Below, piece after piece: positions 18,606-27,873 of a stretch of DNA of 64,000 nt. Made by a program: the position numbers and the translations under genes. Positions within the stretch are counted from its first letter, which is position 1, and every line of letters starts with the position of its first letter. Source of the DNA: an uncultured Anaerolineales bacterium (GTDB taxonomy: Bacteria > Chloroflexota > Anaerolineae > Anaerolineales > UBA6663); contig CAZCEC010000023.1 in NCBI GenBank assembly GCA_964497615.1, positions 3,474 through 67,473 of the forward strand, given 5' to 3'. Under the pieces are notes generated by a model. It was not told the DNA's origin. It did no database searches and saw only the letters and a list, made by a program, of their open reading frames with translations.

Positions 18606-20822
18606 CTAGGTCAGGCGGGCAAGCAGGGCGGTGGGACCGGTGTAGAAAAGGGTGGTCGAGGCCGGCGGCAGCGACACCTGGAACTGATGCGTGGAGGCGG
18701 CCACCGTTTGGCCGGAAAATAGGTCGAGGACAGTCTCGACCGGCCGCGGAAGGCTGAATGTGCGCTCGCCGCCGGAAAGGGTGTGGACGGCCAGCAGGTG
18801 CGGCGTGGCATAGAGCACGTCGCCCTGGTCGTTGTAGAGGTGGACGCCCGCATACCGGGCCAGCCCGCGCAGGATGGGCGCGGGGAGGTTGGGCGCGGCG
18901 GCGTAAATCGAGGTCCAGCCCGTAAAGACCTTGACGCCAAAGCCGGGCCGGCAGCGGCCGCGCGCGAAGACGGCGTTGCCCAGGATGGTCGCGCCGGGGT
19001 CTTCGATGTGGAAGACGGGGCCGAGGCGGCTGTTGGTGCCCCAGGTCAGGTCCTGCGGCAGCCCGCGCGTGATGGGGTGCTGATAGTCGGTGAGGTACAT
19101 CAACGGCCCCCAGGGGATTTCGCTCTCGCCGAACTGAAAACCGGTGAGGTCGGTCATGTGCGCCACGGAAAGATCATCCTGCACATAGCCGGGGGCGTAC
19201 ACCCACACCACCACCCGCCGGTCGCGCTGGATTTGGCGCTTGAGCGCCTGGCGGCGGGCCCCATCCAGCCGGAAGGCGTTCAGGAAGAGGTAGAGCTTGT
19301 AGGGCGGCAGGCGGTCGTCAATGAAGTCTTGCAGCAGATAGGTGTCGAAGGGCGCGCCCAGGCGCGGCAGACCCCACAGCCGCTGTTGGAAGATGAGGGG
19401 CAGGTCCAGCTCATTGCGCAGGGACTCGTAGTAGAAGCTCTCGTCGTCCAGCAGCACAGCGATCTCGGCGCTGGGCGCGCGGTCGAGGTGCTGCGAGAAC
19501 TCGCCCAGTTCCTGGAAACGCTTGAGCAAAGGGCGAAAGGCAGGCTGCTGCGACAGCTCGATATGCGGGGTGGTGGGCAACCCGCCCGCCAGCCACCAGA
19601 TGCCCTGCCCGTGGGTGATGACGTAGGCGAAGTTGCGCTTGAGGATCGCGACGCTGTCCTGAAGCGTATCGGCCTTGCCGTAGTTGGGATGGTCGTGCCA
19701 GGTGAGGTGCGTGCGGGTGTCGTCCTCGAACAGGTACAGCTTGCCGTGCAGCCGGACGGACTCGGACGGCAGCATGCTCGGCCCCTCGCCGCCCAGGCCG
19801 CGAAAACCGTAGGAATACGGACTGACCAGGAAATCCACCTGCGGCGAGGCCAGCACCTGCGCCAGCCCCAGGTGGCCGCTGCGCTGGTAGGTGGCGTAGT
19901 GGCTGTTGGTGTACTCGTCGCGCTCGCCGAAGAAGGCCGAGTTCCAGGCCAACTCCATCAGATAGCCGAAGAACGCGCCGGCCAGCGCCTGGCCCTGGGT
20001 GGCCTCCTTGACCGTGGCGCAGAAGTCGGTCACAAGATCGCCGCATAATTCGGCGAGACAGCGATAGTAGTCAATGACGGCTTGCTCGCGGCGCGGGTCG
20101 CGGAAGGTATGCGTGGCGGAGGCAAGCTGCCGTTCGGCGGAGGGGACCTCGGCCAGGGCAAAGCTAGCGGCGGGGTCGGCCCAGGCGCGCTGGAACGCGG
20201 CTTCGTCGTCCTGGTAGCGGCGGCGGAGCCAGGCCCGGAAGTGCTCGCGCATGGGGGCGCTGAAGTCGCCGCAGGCGGCGGCCATAGCGCCGTGGCCCTT
20301 CACCCACTCGCCGGTGTCACCCGCGCCCACCTGATAGGCGATGACGCGGTCGAACAGGCCGATGGCGCGGATGTGGGCGACGAGAGCGCGCAGGAAGTTC
20401 TTGGCTTGCGAGCGCCAGAGGGCCGAGGCGAACGACTGGCGCATGAGCCGGCCATCCGAGAGCAGCTCGCACTCCTCGGGGTAGAGCTTCTGCCACCAGT
20501 CGGGCAGTTCCAGGTGGACGCGCAGGTGGAAGCGGGCCTGCGGGTCGGCGTCAAGGACGTGCTGGAAGCGGGCCTGGAGGGTAGAAAAGTCGAAGTGCCC
20601 CTCCCGGCCTTGCCCCGGCCCGGCCCACTCCGGCGGCTCACCCTGGCTGCCGATATCGAACGTGAATAGGTGGATACCGGCCTCGCCATACAGGCGGGCG
20701 CATTCGGCCAGCGAATATTTGTCCGGCCGAGGGGCCGAGCCCCACATCAGGCCGTTAAACGCCGGACGCCCATCCAGGAAGAGGGTGGGCGTGCCGGTGT
20801 GGAGTTTGACCTCAGCGGTCAT
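18606..20822 (-). CDS. glycoside-hydrolase-like protein (distant GH42/beta-galactosidase-like TIM-barrel plus trimerisation-like domain)
   Basis: 738 aa with no signal peptide. The N-terminal region FDFSTLQARFQHVLDAD...RVHLELPDWWQKLYPEECEL resembles the GH42 pattern F.WLD..I....G..VIL.T.T...P.WL...YPE.L. There is only a 2-nt gap to the downstream secreted-protein gene. Confidence 0.5.
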   Translation of the reverse strand: MTAEVKLHTGTPTLFLDGRPAFNGLMWGSAPRPDKYSLAECARLYGEAGIHLFTFDIGSQGEPPEWAGPGQGREGHFDFSTLQARFQHVLDADPQARFHLRVHLELPDWWQKLYPEECELLSDGRLMRQSFASALWRSQAKNFLRALVAHIRAIGLFDRVIAYQVGAGDTGEWVKGHGAMAAACGDFSAPMREHFRAWLRRRYQDDEAAFQRAWADPAASFALAEVPSAERQLASATHTFRDPRREQAVIDYYRCLAELCGDLVTDFCATVKEATQGQALAGAFFGYLMELAWNSAFFGERDEYTNSHYATYQRSGHLGLAQVLASPQVDFLVSPYSYGFRGLGGEGPSMLPSESVRLHGKLYLFEDDTRTHLTWHDHPNYGKADTLQDSVAILKRNFAYVITHGQGIWWLAGGLPTTPHIELSQQPAFRPLLKRFQELGEFSQHLDRAPSAEIAVLLDDESFYYESLRNELDLPLIFQQRLWGLPRLGAPFDTYLLQDFIDDRLPPYKLYLFLNAFRLDGARRQALKRQIQRDRRVVVWVYAPGYVQDDLSVAHMTDLTGFQFGESEIPWGPLMYLTDYQHPITRGLPQDLTWGTNSRLGPVFHIEDPGATILGNAVFARGRCRPGFGVKVFTGWTSIYAAAPNLPAPILRGLARYAGVHLYNDQGDVLYATPHLLAVHTLSGGERTFSLPRPVETVLDLFSGQTVAASTHQFQVSLPPASTTLFYTGPTALLARLT

Positions 20823-20823
20823 T

Positions 20824-22578
20824 CTATTTCAGCGGGACGACGATGCCATCGCCCTCTTCGGCCGGGCCCTGGTCGAAGCCGGGGTCAATGATGACGCCGC
20901 CGTCATCGCCGCCGGTGGATTCGCCGGTGTCGAGGCCGAGCAGGCCGCGGATGAAGCGGATGATCTTCTGCCACAACGTCTCCGGCTCGGGCGGGGGCGG
21001 CTCAATGGGGCCGCCATTGCCGTCGCCCGGCTCGAAGGGCGGAATTTCGATGACCTCGACGGTGATGACCTGGGTGATGGTGCGCGGCTGGTTGAAGTCG
21101 TCGTTGTAATCCACCGTGACGACGAGCTCCAGCGGGCCGGCGAACTCAGGGATCACGGTGGCATCGAGGGTGAAGAAGCCGCCGGGGTCCAGGTTGCCGA
21201 TCAGGATCACATTGTTGGACAACTGCACGCCTTCGGCGCTCACGCGCATGTTGCCGAGGGTGGTGGTGGAGCGGCCCAGGTTCACGATCTGGAGCGGCAG
21301 GATGTTGGGCTGGAAGGTGAAAAACTGCCCGGCATCGCGGTAGAGGCTGATATCGACGCGCGGCAGCTTGTAGACTAACAAGGTGATGACCTGGTTGTCG
21401 GTGTAGGTGCCGCTGTCGGAGGCGTAGATGAAGGAGAACTCCATCGGGTAGGCGCCGGCCTCGGTGCTGGCGTTGACGATGAAGGACTGTTCAGCCGACA
21501 GCGAGCCGCCCGCGGCCAGGTCGCCCAGCGACTGGACGTTGGACGAGCCGACGGGGGCGAACTTGCTAAAGTCGCCGCCGCCGCCGGAGACGCCGCCTGG
21601 CCCCGGCGTGCCGCCGTCGCCGGCTGTGCCGCCGCCTGCGATCATGGTGATGCGCCGGGCCTCGCCCACGCCCAGGTTCTCAATATCGAGATGGAGCGTA
21701 AAACGGGTGCCAGGCTCCAACTGTTCGACATCGGTGCTGTAGGCGGTGATCAGCAACTGCGGGCGGCGCACCGGCGCGGTGGTGGCGGTGGGGGTGGCCG
21801 TGGGCGTGGGGGTGCTGGTGGAGAACGGCCCCTGCGCGGGCGGCTGGACGGGGAAGGTGAGGATGAACGTCTCGGTATAGGACGTGCCGTTGGGGTCGGT
21901 GTAGCTGACCTGGACTTCAAGCGAGGCGCTGCCGGAAAGGCCGGAGGCGGCCCGCAGCGGCTGATAGACCTTTTCGGTTTCGCCGGGGTTGAGGGGGCGC
22001 ACGGCGCGCACGCCGCCCGTGACACGGGGAGCGAAGTCGCCGGTGACGAACGTGGCGACGATGTTGGTGGCCGTGCCCTGGCCGGAGTTGAGGAACGTCA
22101 TCTCAAAGTCGAGGTTGCTGCCGGGGACAATGGCGGCGGACGAAGCGCCATAGGACTGGACGGTGAGCAGCGGGCGCACGAAGGCGGTGGCGGCCGGGGT
22201 GTTGGTCGGCTCCGGTGTGTTGGTGGGGCCGATAATGGTCAGGCCGTTGTCCAGGGTCGCATCGGCGGTGCCGGACATGACTACGGTGACATCAAAGACA
22301 CCTGGCGCCAGTCCAGCGGGCAGAACCGCGGTGAGGGTGGATGGGCCAATGAACGTGGTGGATAAGGCCCCCGCCCCGCCGACCACGACGACGGCGGTGG
22401 CATCGAAGCCGCTCCCGCGCACAACCAGGTTGGTGGAGGCGGTGTTGGAAACGGTATTCGGCTCCACGCTGGTGATGGTCTGTTGGGCGGCGGCCGTGCC
22501 GGGCCAGGCAAAGACGACCGCGGCCAGCAAACTGACCAGCAGGAGGGCATGGAGGGCGGTGGGGGTACGGGAGGTCAT
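20824..22578 (-). CDS. secreted cell-surface protein with IPT/TIG and repeated CARDB-like beta-sandwich domains
   Basis: 584 aa. The signal peptide is MTSRTPTALHALLLVSLLAAVVFAWPGTAAA. There is an IPT/TIG-like ITSVEPNTVS...LVVRGSGFD. There are several roughly 100-aa Ig-like modules, PT-rich linkers and an acidic Gly/Asp-rich C-terminus. Confidence 0.65.
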   Translation of the reverse strand: MTSRTPTALHALLLVSLLAAVVFAWPGTAAAQQTITSVEPNTVSNTASTNLVVRGSGFDATAVVVVGGAGALSTTFIGPSTLTAVLPAGLAPGVFDVTVVMSGTADATLDNGLTIIGPTNTPEPTNTPAATAFVRPLLTVQSYGASSAAIVPGSNLDFEMTFLNSGQGTATNIVATFVTGDFAPRVTGGVRAVRPLNPGETEKVYQPLRAASGLSGSASLEVQVSYTDPNGTSYTETFILTFPVQPPAQGPFSTSTPTPTATPTATTAPVRRPQLLITAYSTDVEQLEPGTRFTLHLDIENLGVGEARRITMIAGGGTAGDGGTPGPGGVSGGGGDFSKFAPVGSSNVQSLGDLAAGGSLSAEQSFIVNASTEAGAYPMEFSFIYASDSGTYTDNQVITLLVYKLPRVDISLYRDAGQFFTFQPNILPLQIVNLGRSTTTLGNMRVSAEGVQLSNNVILIGNLDPGGFFTLDATVIPEFAGPLELVVTVDYNDDFNQPRTITQVITVEVIEIPPFEPGDGNGGPIEPPPPEPETLWQKIIRFIRGLLGLDTGESTGGDDGGVIIDPGFDQGPAEEGDGIVVPLK

Positions 22579-22601
22579 GTGGGATTCACCTGGGTAATGG
22601 A

Positions 22602-23330
22602 TCAGGCTTCGGCCAGTTGGGCGGCGGCGAGGGCCAGGGCCTGATCGTACTCGGCTTCGGTGACAACGCGGCCGTCAATGAGGCGAATAGTGTGGGTGGC
22701 AAAGACTGTCAGGCGCGGGTCGTGCGTGACCATCAGGACGGTGCGGCCCTGGGCGTGCAGGTCGGCCAGCACCTTGATGATGGCGGCCCCGCTGGTGGTG
22801 TCGAGGTTGCCGGTTGGCTCGTCGGCCAGGATAAGCTGGGGGTCGTTGACCAGGGCGCGGGCAATGGCGACGCGCTGCTGCTGGCCGCCGGACAGCTCGG
22901 TGGGGCGGTGGTAGATGCGGTCTCCGAGGCCCACCTGGCGCAGCAGTTCGCGGGCGCGTTCGAGTCGGTCGCCGCGCCGGGTGCGGGTAAAGCGCATGGG
23001 GAAGGCGACGTTCTCCAGCGCCGTCATGCTGGCGATGAGGTTGAAGGACTGAAAGATAAAGCCCACCGTGCGGCGGCGGTAGCGGGCCAGCTCGTTCTCA
23101 TCGAGCTGGTCAATCGCCTGTCCGTTGACGATGATGGTGCCCGCGGTGGGTCGGTCCAGCCCGCCCAGCAGGTAGAGCAGCGTGCTCTTGCCGGAGCCGG
23201 ACGGGCCGACGACGGCCGAGAAGGTGTGCGGCTCGACGGTGAGGTCCGTGCCGGCCAGGGCGTGGACGGTTTCATGGCCCATGGCAAAGGACTTTTGCAG
23301 GCCGCGAACGGTGATGAAAGGCTCGGACAT
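22602..23330 (-). CDS. ABC transporter ATP-binding protein (MacB/LolD family)
   Basis: 242 aa. Walker A is GPSGSGKST. The signature is LSGGQQQRVAIARAL. Walker B is ILADEPTGNLD. The H-loop is MVTHD. Confidence 0.9.
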   Translation of the reverse strand: MSEPFITVRGLQKSFAMGHETVHALAGTDLTVEPHTFSAVVGPSGSGKSTLLYLLGGLDRPTAGTIIVNGQAIDQLDENELARYRRRTVGFIFQSFNLIASMTALENVAFPMRFTRTRRGDRLERARELLRQVGLGDRIYHRPTELSGGQQQRVAIARALVNDPQLILADEPTGNLDTTSGAAIIKVLADLHAQGRTVLMVTHDPRLTVFATHTIRLIDGRVVTEAEYDQALALAAAQLAEA

Positions 23331-23383
23331 CAGGCGTCAACGAGTGGGGCGGTGGATCAACCGATACGGAAGCGCCAGCCGCG

Positions 23384-24223
23384 CTAGAACAAGAACGGCC
23401 GGGTGACTTCCAGGGCGCCGACCTGACGAATGATGACCCCTGGCAGGATGCCCAGCAGGATGGCGACCACCAGGGCGATCAGGACGCCGGTGAGGGCCTT
23501 GCCCAGCGGCAGGCTGCTGGTGGCGCGCACGCCGAGGATGAGCAGCCCGAAGTACCACAGCCCGTACAGCGTGACGCGGGCCAGCACCTCCGCCGCGATG
23601 GCGGGCACGAGGCCCTCGCCGACGGGCGCGAAGCCCTCCACGCCGCTGTTCACCAACTGCTTCTCCACCAGCATGAAGCCGGCCTGCACCAAGTCGCGCA
23701 AGGCGAAGGGCAGGCTGGCCCAGGCGACGACGTTGAGCGCGCCGCCGGTGGTGTCGCGCCCGCCGAGCATGGTCAGGACCAGGTGCAGCACCCCGCCCGT
23801 CACCAGCCAGCCAAACCAGACGCGCAGCAGAAGCAGGATGGCGGGGAAGACGTAGACGAAGACCGGGCCGGAGGACGCCTGCTGGGCCTGGAAATACTGC
23901 GCCTGTTGCTCGGGGGTCCAAAACTCGAAACCGATGGGCAGCTCCACCTGGCCGCTTTGGGCCAGCGTGACCTTGACGGGGCCAGCCACCAGCACGGCCA
24001 GGAGGCCGGTGAGAGTGAGGACTAGCAAAGGGGTAAACCAGGCCGGGCGGTTTTGGGCGGCCAGCCGAGCAAAGGTGGCGCGCGGTTTGAACAGGGCCGG
24101 CAGCAGCAGGTCGAAGTGAAAGCGGCGCGGGCGTTCGAGCGGGACGGTAGCGTTGGCGGCAGGTGTCATGGTGGGTCCGGGGGGGCCGTGAGTAAACGAA
24201 AGGGGGCGGTGCTGGGCCGCCAC
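23384..24223 (-). CDS. Yip1-domain family membrane protein
   Basis: 279 aa with 5 predicted TM helices and Yip1-like topology. The start may instead be the internal Met at 24169 (MTPAANATV). It heads the minus-strand envelope cluster. Confidence 0.55.
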   Translation of the reverse strand: MAAQHRPLSFTHGPPGPTMTPAANATVPLERPRRFHFDLLLPALFKPRATFARLAAQNRPAWFTPLLVLTLTGLLAVLVAGPVKVTLAQSGQVELPIGFEFWTPEQQAQYFQAQQASSGPVFVYVFPAILLLLRVWFGWLVTGGVLHLVLTMLGGRDTTGGALNVVAWASLPFALRDLVQAGFMLVEKQLVNSGVEGFAPVGEGLVPAIAAEVLARVTLYGLWYFGLLILGVRATSSLPLGKALTGVLIALVVAILLGILPGVIIRQVGALEVTRPFLF

Positions 24224-24344
24224 AGATTATAACGCGGGTAGGCCGAAATTGGTTCCGGCGCGCCTGCCCCGGCGGCATCGCCCGGCGCAGGGCGGGCCGG
24301 AGACCACGGGAACCCGGGGCCGATTGGGGTTTTAACATATAATC

Positions 24345-25622
24345 GTGGGCATGGAAGTGCTGCGCAAGCGCCGATTCTGGCTGGGCGCGGGGCTGCTGGT
24401 CGCCGCGGCGCTGGCCGTGGCCGCCTATGCCTTCCCCCCCTACCCCTCCCCGCTCAACTTCGTCTTTGACATCCTGGCGCTGACGATCACCCTGGTGGGC
24501 GGATTGCTGATCATCTCGCAGATCGTGCTGCCGGTGCAGACGCGCGGCGAGCGGCGCGCGGCGTTTGACCACTTTATGAATTATGTCAGCGGCAACGCCG
24601 GGCCGGTTGTGTTTGTGAAGGACGGCAAGCTGGTGGGCCGCAAGGAAGAGCTCAAGCGCTACGGCCACGGTGTGGCGCTGGTGGACCCGGTGAGCGCGAT
24701 CGTCTTTGAGCGCGCGGCAGCCTACCGGACGTGGTTCCCCGCCTCCGTCGCGGAGAGCGGCGATGGCGGCCCCGCGCAGACGGCGCACGAGGGCCCGCCG
24801 ATTGTACGGGCGGCCGGGCCCGGCATCGTGTTCATCCAGCCGGGCGAGCGCGTGGTGGCGACCCTGGACCTGCGCCGGCAGTCGCGCGGCGCGCCGGCCA
24901 AGGGGCTGACGCGCGACGGCATTGAAGTGACAGCCCACATCTCCGTGACGTTTGGCCTGGACCCAGACCCGGAGCGGGTGGGCAAGCCCGATCAGCCCGC
25001 GGTGCGGGTGGAGCACAACCAGCCAGCCTACCTGTTCAACCGCACCAGCGCCTTCCGGGCGGTCTATGGCGTGGCGCAGGGCGAGAAACAGCCTGTGGAA
25101 TGGACTGACCTGCCCCTGACCGTGGCGACCGAGCGCTTCCGCGATGTGCTGGCCGAGTACAGCCTCGACGAACTGTTCCAGCCGACCAAGCCGGAAGTCT
25201 ACCCGTTCAACATCTTTCGCGACCGGGTGAACACGGCGACGAAGGAAGCGCCCCTGCTGCACGACCGGGGGGTGGCGGTGTATGGCGTGAGCGTGGGCGG
25301 GCTGACCCTGCCGCGCGAGGTGATCAATCAGCGGGTGCGGTCGTGGCAGGCGCGCTGGCAGAAAGCCACCATCCAGCAGGAAGCGGCGGGCGATACGCAA
25401 GCCCTGCGCACGCAGAGCCGCTGGCAAACCGACGCCCAGCAGTTGATCTTCCGCGACATCCAGGCCCTGCTGGGCGCCACCGATGACGCGCTGGCGCGGC
25501 GGGCGCTGAGCCTGATGCTGCAAAAGGCCCTGCGGCGGGCGGCGGCCAGCCCGGCACACCGCGCGCGGCTGCCCGCCGAGACCGTGCGGGCACTGGAAGG
25601 GCTGGAGGGAGAACCCTCGTGA
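24345..25622 (+). CDS. SPFH/band-7 domain membrane protein, paralogue 1
   Basis: 425 aa with two N-terminal TM helices. The SPFH-like core is GIVFIQPGERVVATLDLRRQ...TRDGIEVTAHISVTFGLD. TATAAT at 24338-24343 is immediately upstream. The ATG at 24351 may be the true and nearly leaderless start, whereas the ORF track begins at GTG 24345. Confidence 0.6.
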   Translation: MGMEVLRKRRFWLGAGLLVAAALAVAAYAFPPYPSPLNFVFDILALTITLVGGLLIISQIVLPVQTRGERRAAFDHFMNYVSGNAGPVVFVKDGKLVGRKEELKRYGHGVALVDPVSAIVFERAAAYRTWFPASVAESGDGGPAQTAHEGPPIVRAAGPGIVFIQPGERVVATLDLRRQSRGAPAKGLTRDGIEVTAHISVTFGLDPDPERVGKPDQPAVRVEHNQPAYLFNRTSAFRAVYGVAQGEKQPVEWTDLPLTVATERFRDVLAEYSLDELFQPTKPEVYPFNIFRDRVNTATKEAPLLHDRGVAVYGVSVGGLTLPREVINQRVRSWQARWQKATIQQEAAGDTQALRTQSRWQTDAQQLIFRDIQALLGATDDALARRALSLMLQKALRRAAASPAHRARLPAETVRALEGLEGEPS

Positions 25623-25647
25623 GCACCGCCCAGCCAGGGAAACCAAC

Positions 25648-27129
25648 ATGACAGCCAACGGCTGGAACGGCCGGGGCGGGGCGGAGCCGCCGGACACGCT
25701 GCGGCGGGCGATGGACCAACTGCGCTGGCAGGCCGCCTATTATCTCTACCACTTTGTGGAGGGCGACCACAACTGGGGCCAGATGCGGCTGACGGTGGCC
25801 CTGGTGATTGCGGCCCTGTTCGTCATGATCAGCCGGCTGTTCGAGCCGATTGGGGCGCTGCCCCTGTACGACTGGCTGGTGGAGCAGTTGTTCCTGCGCG
25901 AATACCTGCCGGACAGCGTGATCACCCTGGGCGCGTTCTTCGCCTCCTTCTTCACGCGGCAGGTGCTGCGCCACGCCATCCCGCCCGCGCTGGGGGTGGG
26001 GATTGCGCTCTACTTCGGGACCGCCTATCTGAAGGACCTGCTGGAACTGCCCAACCTTCAGCAGGCCCTGAAGTACCTGACGGCGACCCTGTTCGGCAAC
26101 AACTACCCGCGCATGAGCGTGAACGCGGGGCAGGCCACCGTGGCCGAGCCAGAGATCAACCCGATGCTGCGGATCGGCGGGCCGGGCTGGGTGGACATCA
26201 AGATCGGCAACGCGGCGCTGTTTGAGCGCGTGGTGGGACCGTCGTCGGTGCTGGGGGCGGGCACGCACTTCCTGCGGCGGCACGAGACCCTGCGAGAAGC
26301 CTACGACCTGCGCGAAGTGGAGCGGGTCAAGAACGACGTCAAGCTGATGACGAAGGACGGGCTGCCCATCGTCATCAACGAGATGCGGGTGCGGTTCCGC
26401 ATCCGGGCGCGGCACGCGCGCACCGAGGCCAACCCGTTCCCTGTGATGACGGGCGCCATCCGGCGGGCGGCCTACAGCCGCAAGGTGACGGCCAATGGGC
26501 TGGAGCAATGGCCGGACATGGTCACCGGCGCGGTGCGCGGCACGATCGCCGACTGGATCGCGCGCCACCGGATGGATGAGGTGATTCCTCCGCCGCGCGA
26601 CGGCAACCAGCCCGAGACCGCGCACGCGCCCTACCGCAAGGCCCTTCACGATCTGTTCAACACCAAGGGCAGCCGCGCCAAGTTCGCCGACCTGGGGGCC
26701 GAGGTCATTTGGGTGAGCGTGGGCCACATCCGCCCGGACCCGGACGTGGACCCGGACCTGAAGCCGGACGCGGACCCGACCGGGCGCGACAAGATTCACC
26801 GGCAGTTGATTGACACCTGGAAGGCCACGCACGCGGCGCGGGCGCAGGACGAGATCGCCGACGCGCGGGCCTACGCACGCTGGCTGAACGACACGGCGCG
26901 GGCAGAGGCGGAGTGCGAGTTGATCCTGGCGCTGACGCGCGGGCTGCGCGAGGCGCGGGCCGACGGCCTGCCGATGGACGACGTGCTGGCCGAGCGGCTG
27001 GTAGAGTATGTGGCCGGTGAGCGGCGGGCCGGGGGCGGCGAAGCCGGGTCAAGCCAGTTACAGCGGCTGCTGGCCGCCACGAGCTTGTTGGAAACAGGCT
27101 ACCCAAAGGAAGCAAAGACGGGGGAATAG
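25648..27129 (+). CDS. SPFH/band-7 domain membrane protein, paralogue 2
   Basis: 493 aa. It has TM helices and an SPFH-like core, GPGWVDIKIGNAALFERVVGPSSVLGAG...VKLMTKDGLPIVINEMRVRFRI. The motif order is shared with paralogue 1 (ALFERV / IVFERAA). There is a coiled-coil-like C-terminus. Confidence 0.6.
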   Translation: MTANGWNGRGGAEPPDTLRRAMDQLRWQAAYYLYHFVEGDHNWGQMRLTVALVIAALFVMISRLFEPIGALPLYDWLVEQLFLREYLPDSVITLGAFFASFFTRQVLRHAIPPALGVGIALYFGTAYLKDLLELPNLQQALKYLTATLFGNNYPRMSVNAGQATVAEPEINPMLRIGGPGWVDIKIGNAALFERVVGPSSVLGAGTHFLRRHETLREAYDLREVERVKNDVKLMTKDGLPIVINEMRVRFRIRARHARTEANPFPVMTGAIRRAAYSRKVTANGLEQWPDMVTGAVRGTIADWIARHRMDEVIPPPRDGNQPETAHAPYRKALHDLFNTKGSRAKFADLGAEVIWVSVGHIRPDPDVDPDLKPDADPTGRDKIHRQLIDTWKATHAARAQDEIADARAYARWLNDTARAEAECELILALTRGLREARADGLPMDDVLAERLVEYVAGERRAGGGEAGSSQLQRLLAATSLLETGYPKEAKTGE

Positions 27130-27136
27130 ATTGGCC

Positions 27137-27181
27137 CTTGCCTTGAAGACAATGGAGTGATAAAATCTAGACAGTCTAGAT
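27137..27181 (+). promoter_or_regulatory. toxin-antitoxin promoter (TTGCCT, 17 nt, TAAAAT) with overlapping 19-bp palindromic operator AATCTAGACaGTCTAGATT (27163-27181)
   Basis: A perfect inverted repeat (9-bp arms, 1-nt spacer) overlaps the -10/+1 region. It is 20 nt upstream of the phd/yefM ATG, the classic autoregulatory operator arrangement for type II TA loci. Confidence 0.55.
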
Positions 27182-27200
27182 TAAATCAAGGCGGTACGCT

Positions 27201-27455
27201 ATGGAAAAAACTTGGCAGTTGCAGGACGCAAAGAACAAATTCAGCGAAGTCATTAACGACGCCATCAGCCGAGGTCCGCAGGTGATCACGCGGCATGGAG
27301 AGCAGGTTGCAGTCGTGATTTCGTTTTCCGACTATACCCGCATTCGACCACCGGAGAACAGCCTGGTTGAGTTTTTCCAATCATCCCCGCTGGCTGGAAT
27401 TGAGTTGGATCTCGAGCGGGACAAAAGCCTGCCGCGCGAGCCTGACTTGCCGTGA
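27201..27455 (+). CDS. type II antitoxin, Phd/YefM family
   Basis: 84 aa. The N-terminus W.L.DAKNKFSEVI....GPQVITRHGEQVAVVISFSDY is typical of Phd/YefM. There is a 4-nt ATGA overlap with vapC. Confidence 0.85.
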   Translation: MEKTWQLQDAKNKFSEVINDAISRGPQVITRHGEQVAVVISFSDYTRIRPPENSLVEFFQSSPLAGIELDLERDKSLPREPDLP

Positions 27456-27871
27456 GTTATCTGCTGGATACCTGCGTGGTGTCTGAGCTGATGAGGCCGG
27501 CACCCAACACGGGCTTGAAAAACTGGGTCTGGCAGACGCCCGAGCAAGAAACTTGGCTCAGTGTTGTAACACTTGGCGAACTGCAGCGCGGCATTGAAAG
27601 GCTGCCGACAACACCGCGCCGCTTGGCCTTGGAACAATGGCTGGCCAACGATATCATCCAACGGTTTTCGGGACGGATGCTGTCGTTGGACGCCGCGGTG
27701 ATGTTGACCTGGGGCACACTCTATGCGCGGCTGGAATCGGCTGGCCGCAAACTGCCTTCGATTGACAGCCTGCTTGCGGCTTCAGCGTTGCATCACGGCT
27801 TGACCCTGGTCACGCGCAACGTGACCGACTTTGAAGCGGCTGGCATCCCGCTGCTGAACCCCTGGAGTTAG
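27452..27871 (+). CDS. vapC: type II toxin VapC (PIN-domain ribonuclease)
   Basis: 139 aa. It begins YLLDTCVVSE (the first acidic residue). The conserved PIN Asp/Glu pattern includes the C-terminal TRNVTDF. Confidence 0.9.
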   Translation: MSYLLDTCVVSELMRPAPNTGLKNWVWQTPEQETWLSVVTLGELQRGIERLPTTPRRLALEQWLANDIIQRFSGRMLSLDAAVMLTWGTLYARLESAGRKLPSIDSLLAASALHHGLTLVTRNVTDFEAAGIPLLNPWS

Positions 27872-27873
27872 CC

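Noticed and set aside
23337-26832. Large minus-strand ORFs (786 aa at 23337-25697 and 502 aa at 25324-26832) across the Yip1 and SPFH genes
   Set aside because: Their Arg/Pro/Gly-rich sequence has no motifs. They overlap coding regions whose products have convincing TM and SPFH features on the other strand or frame.
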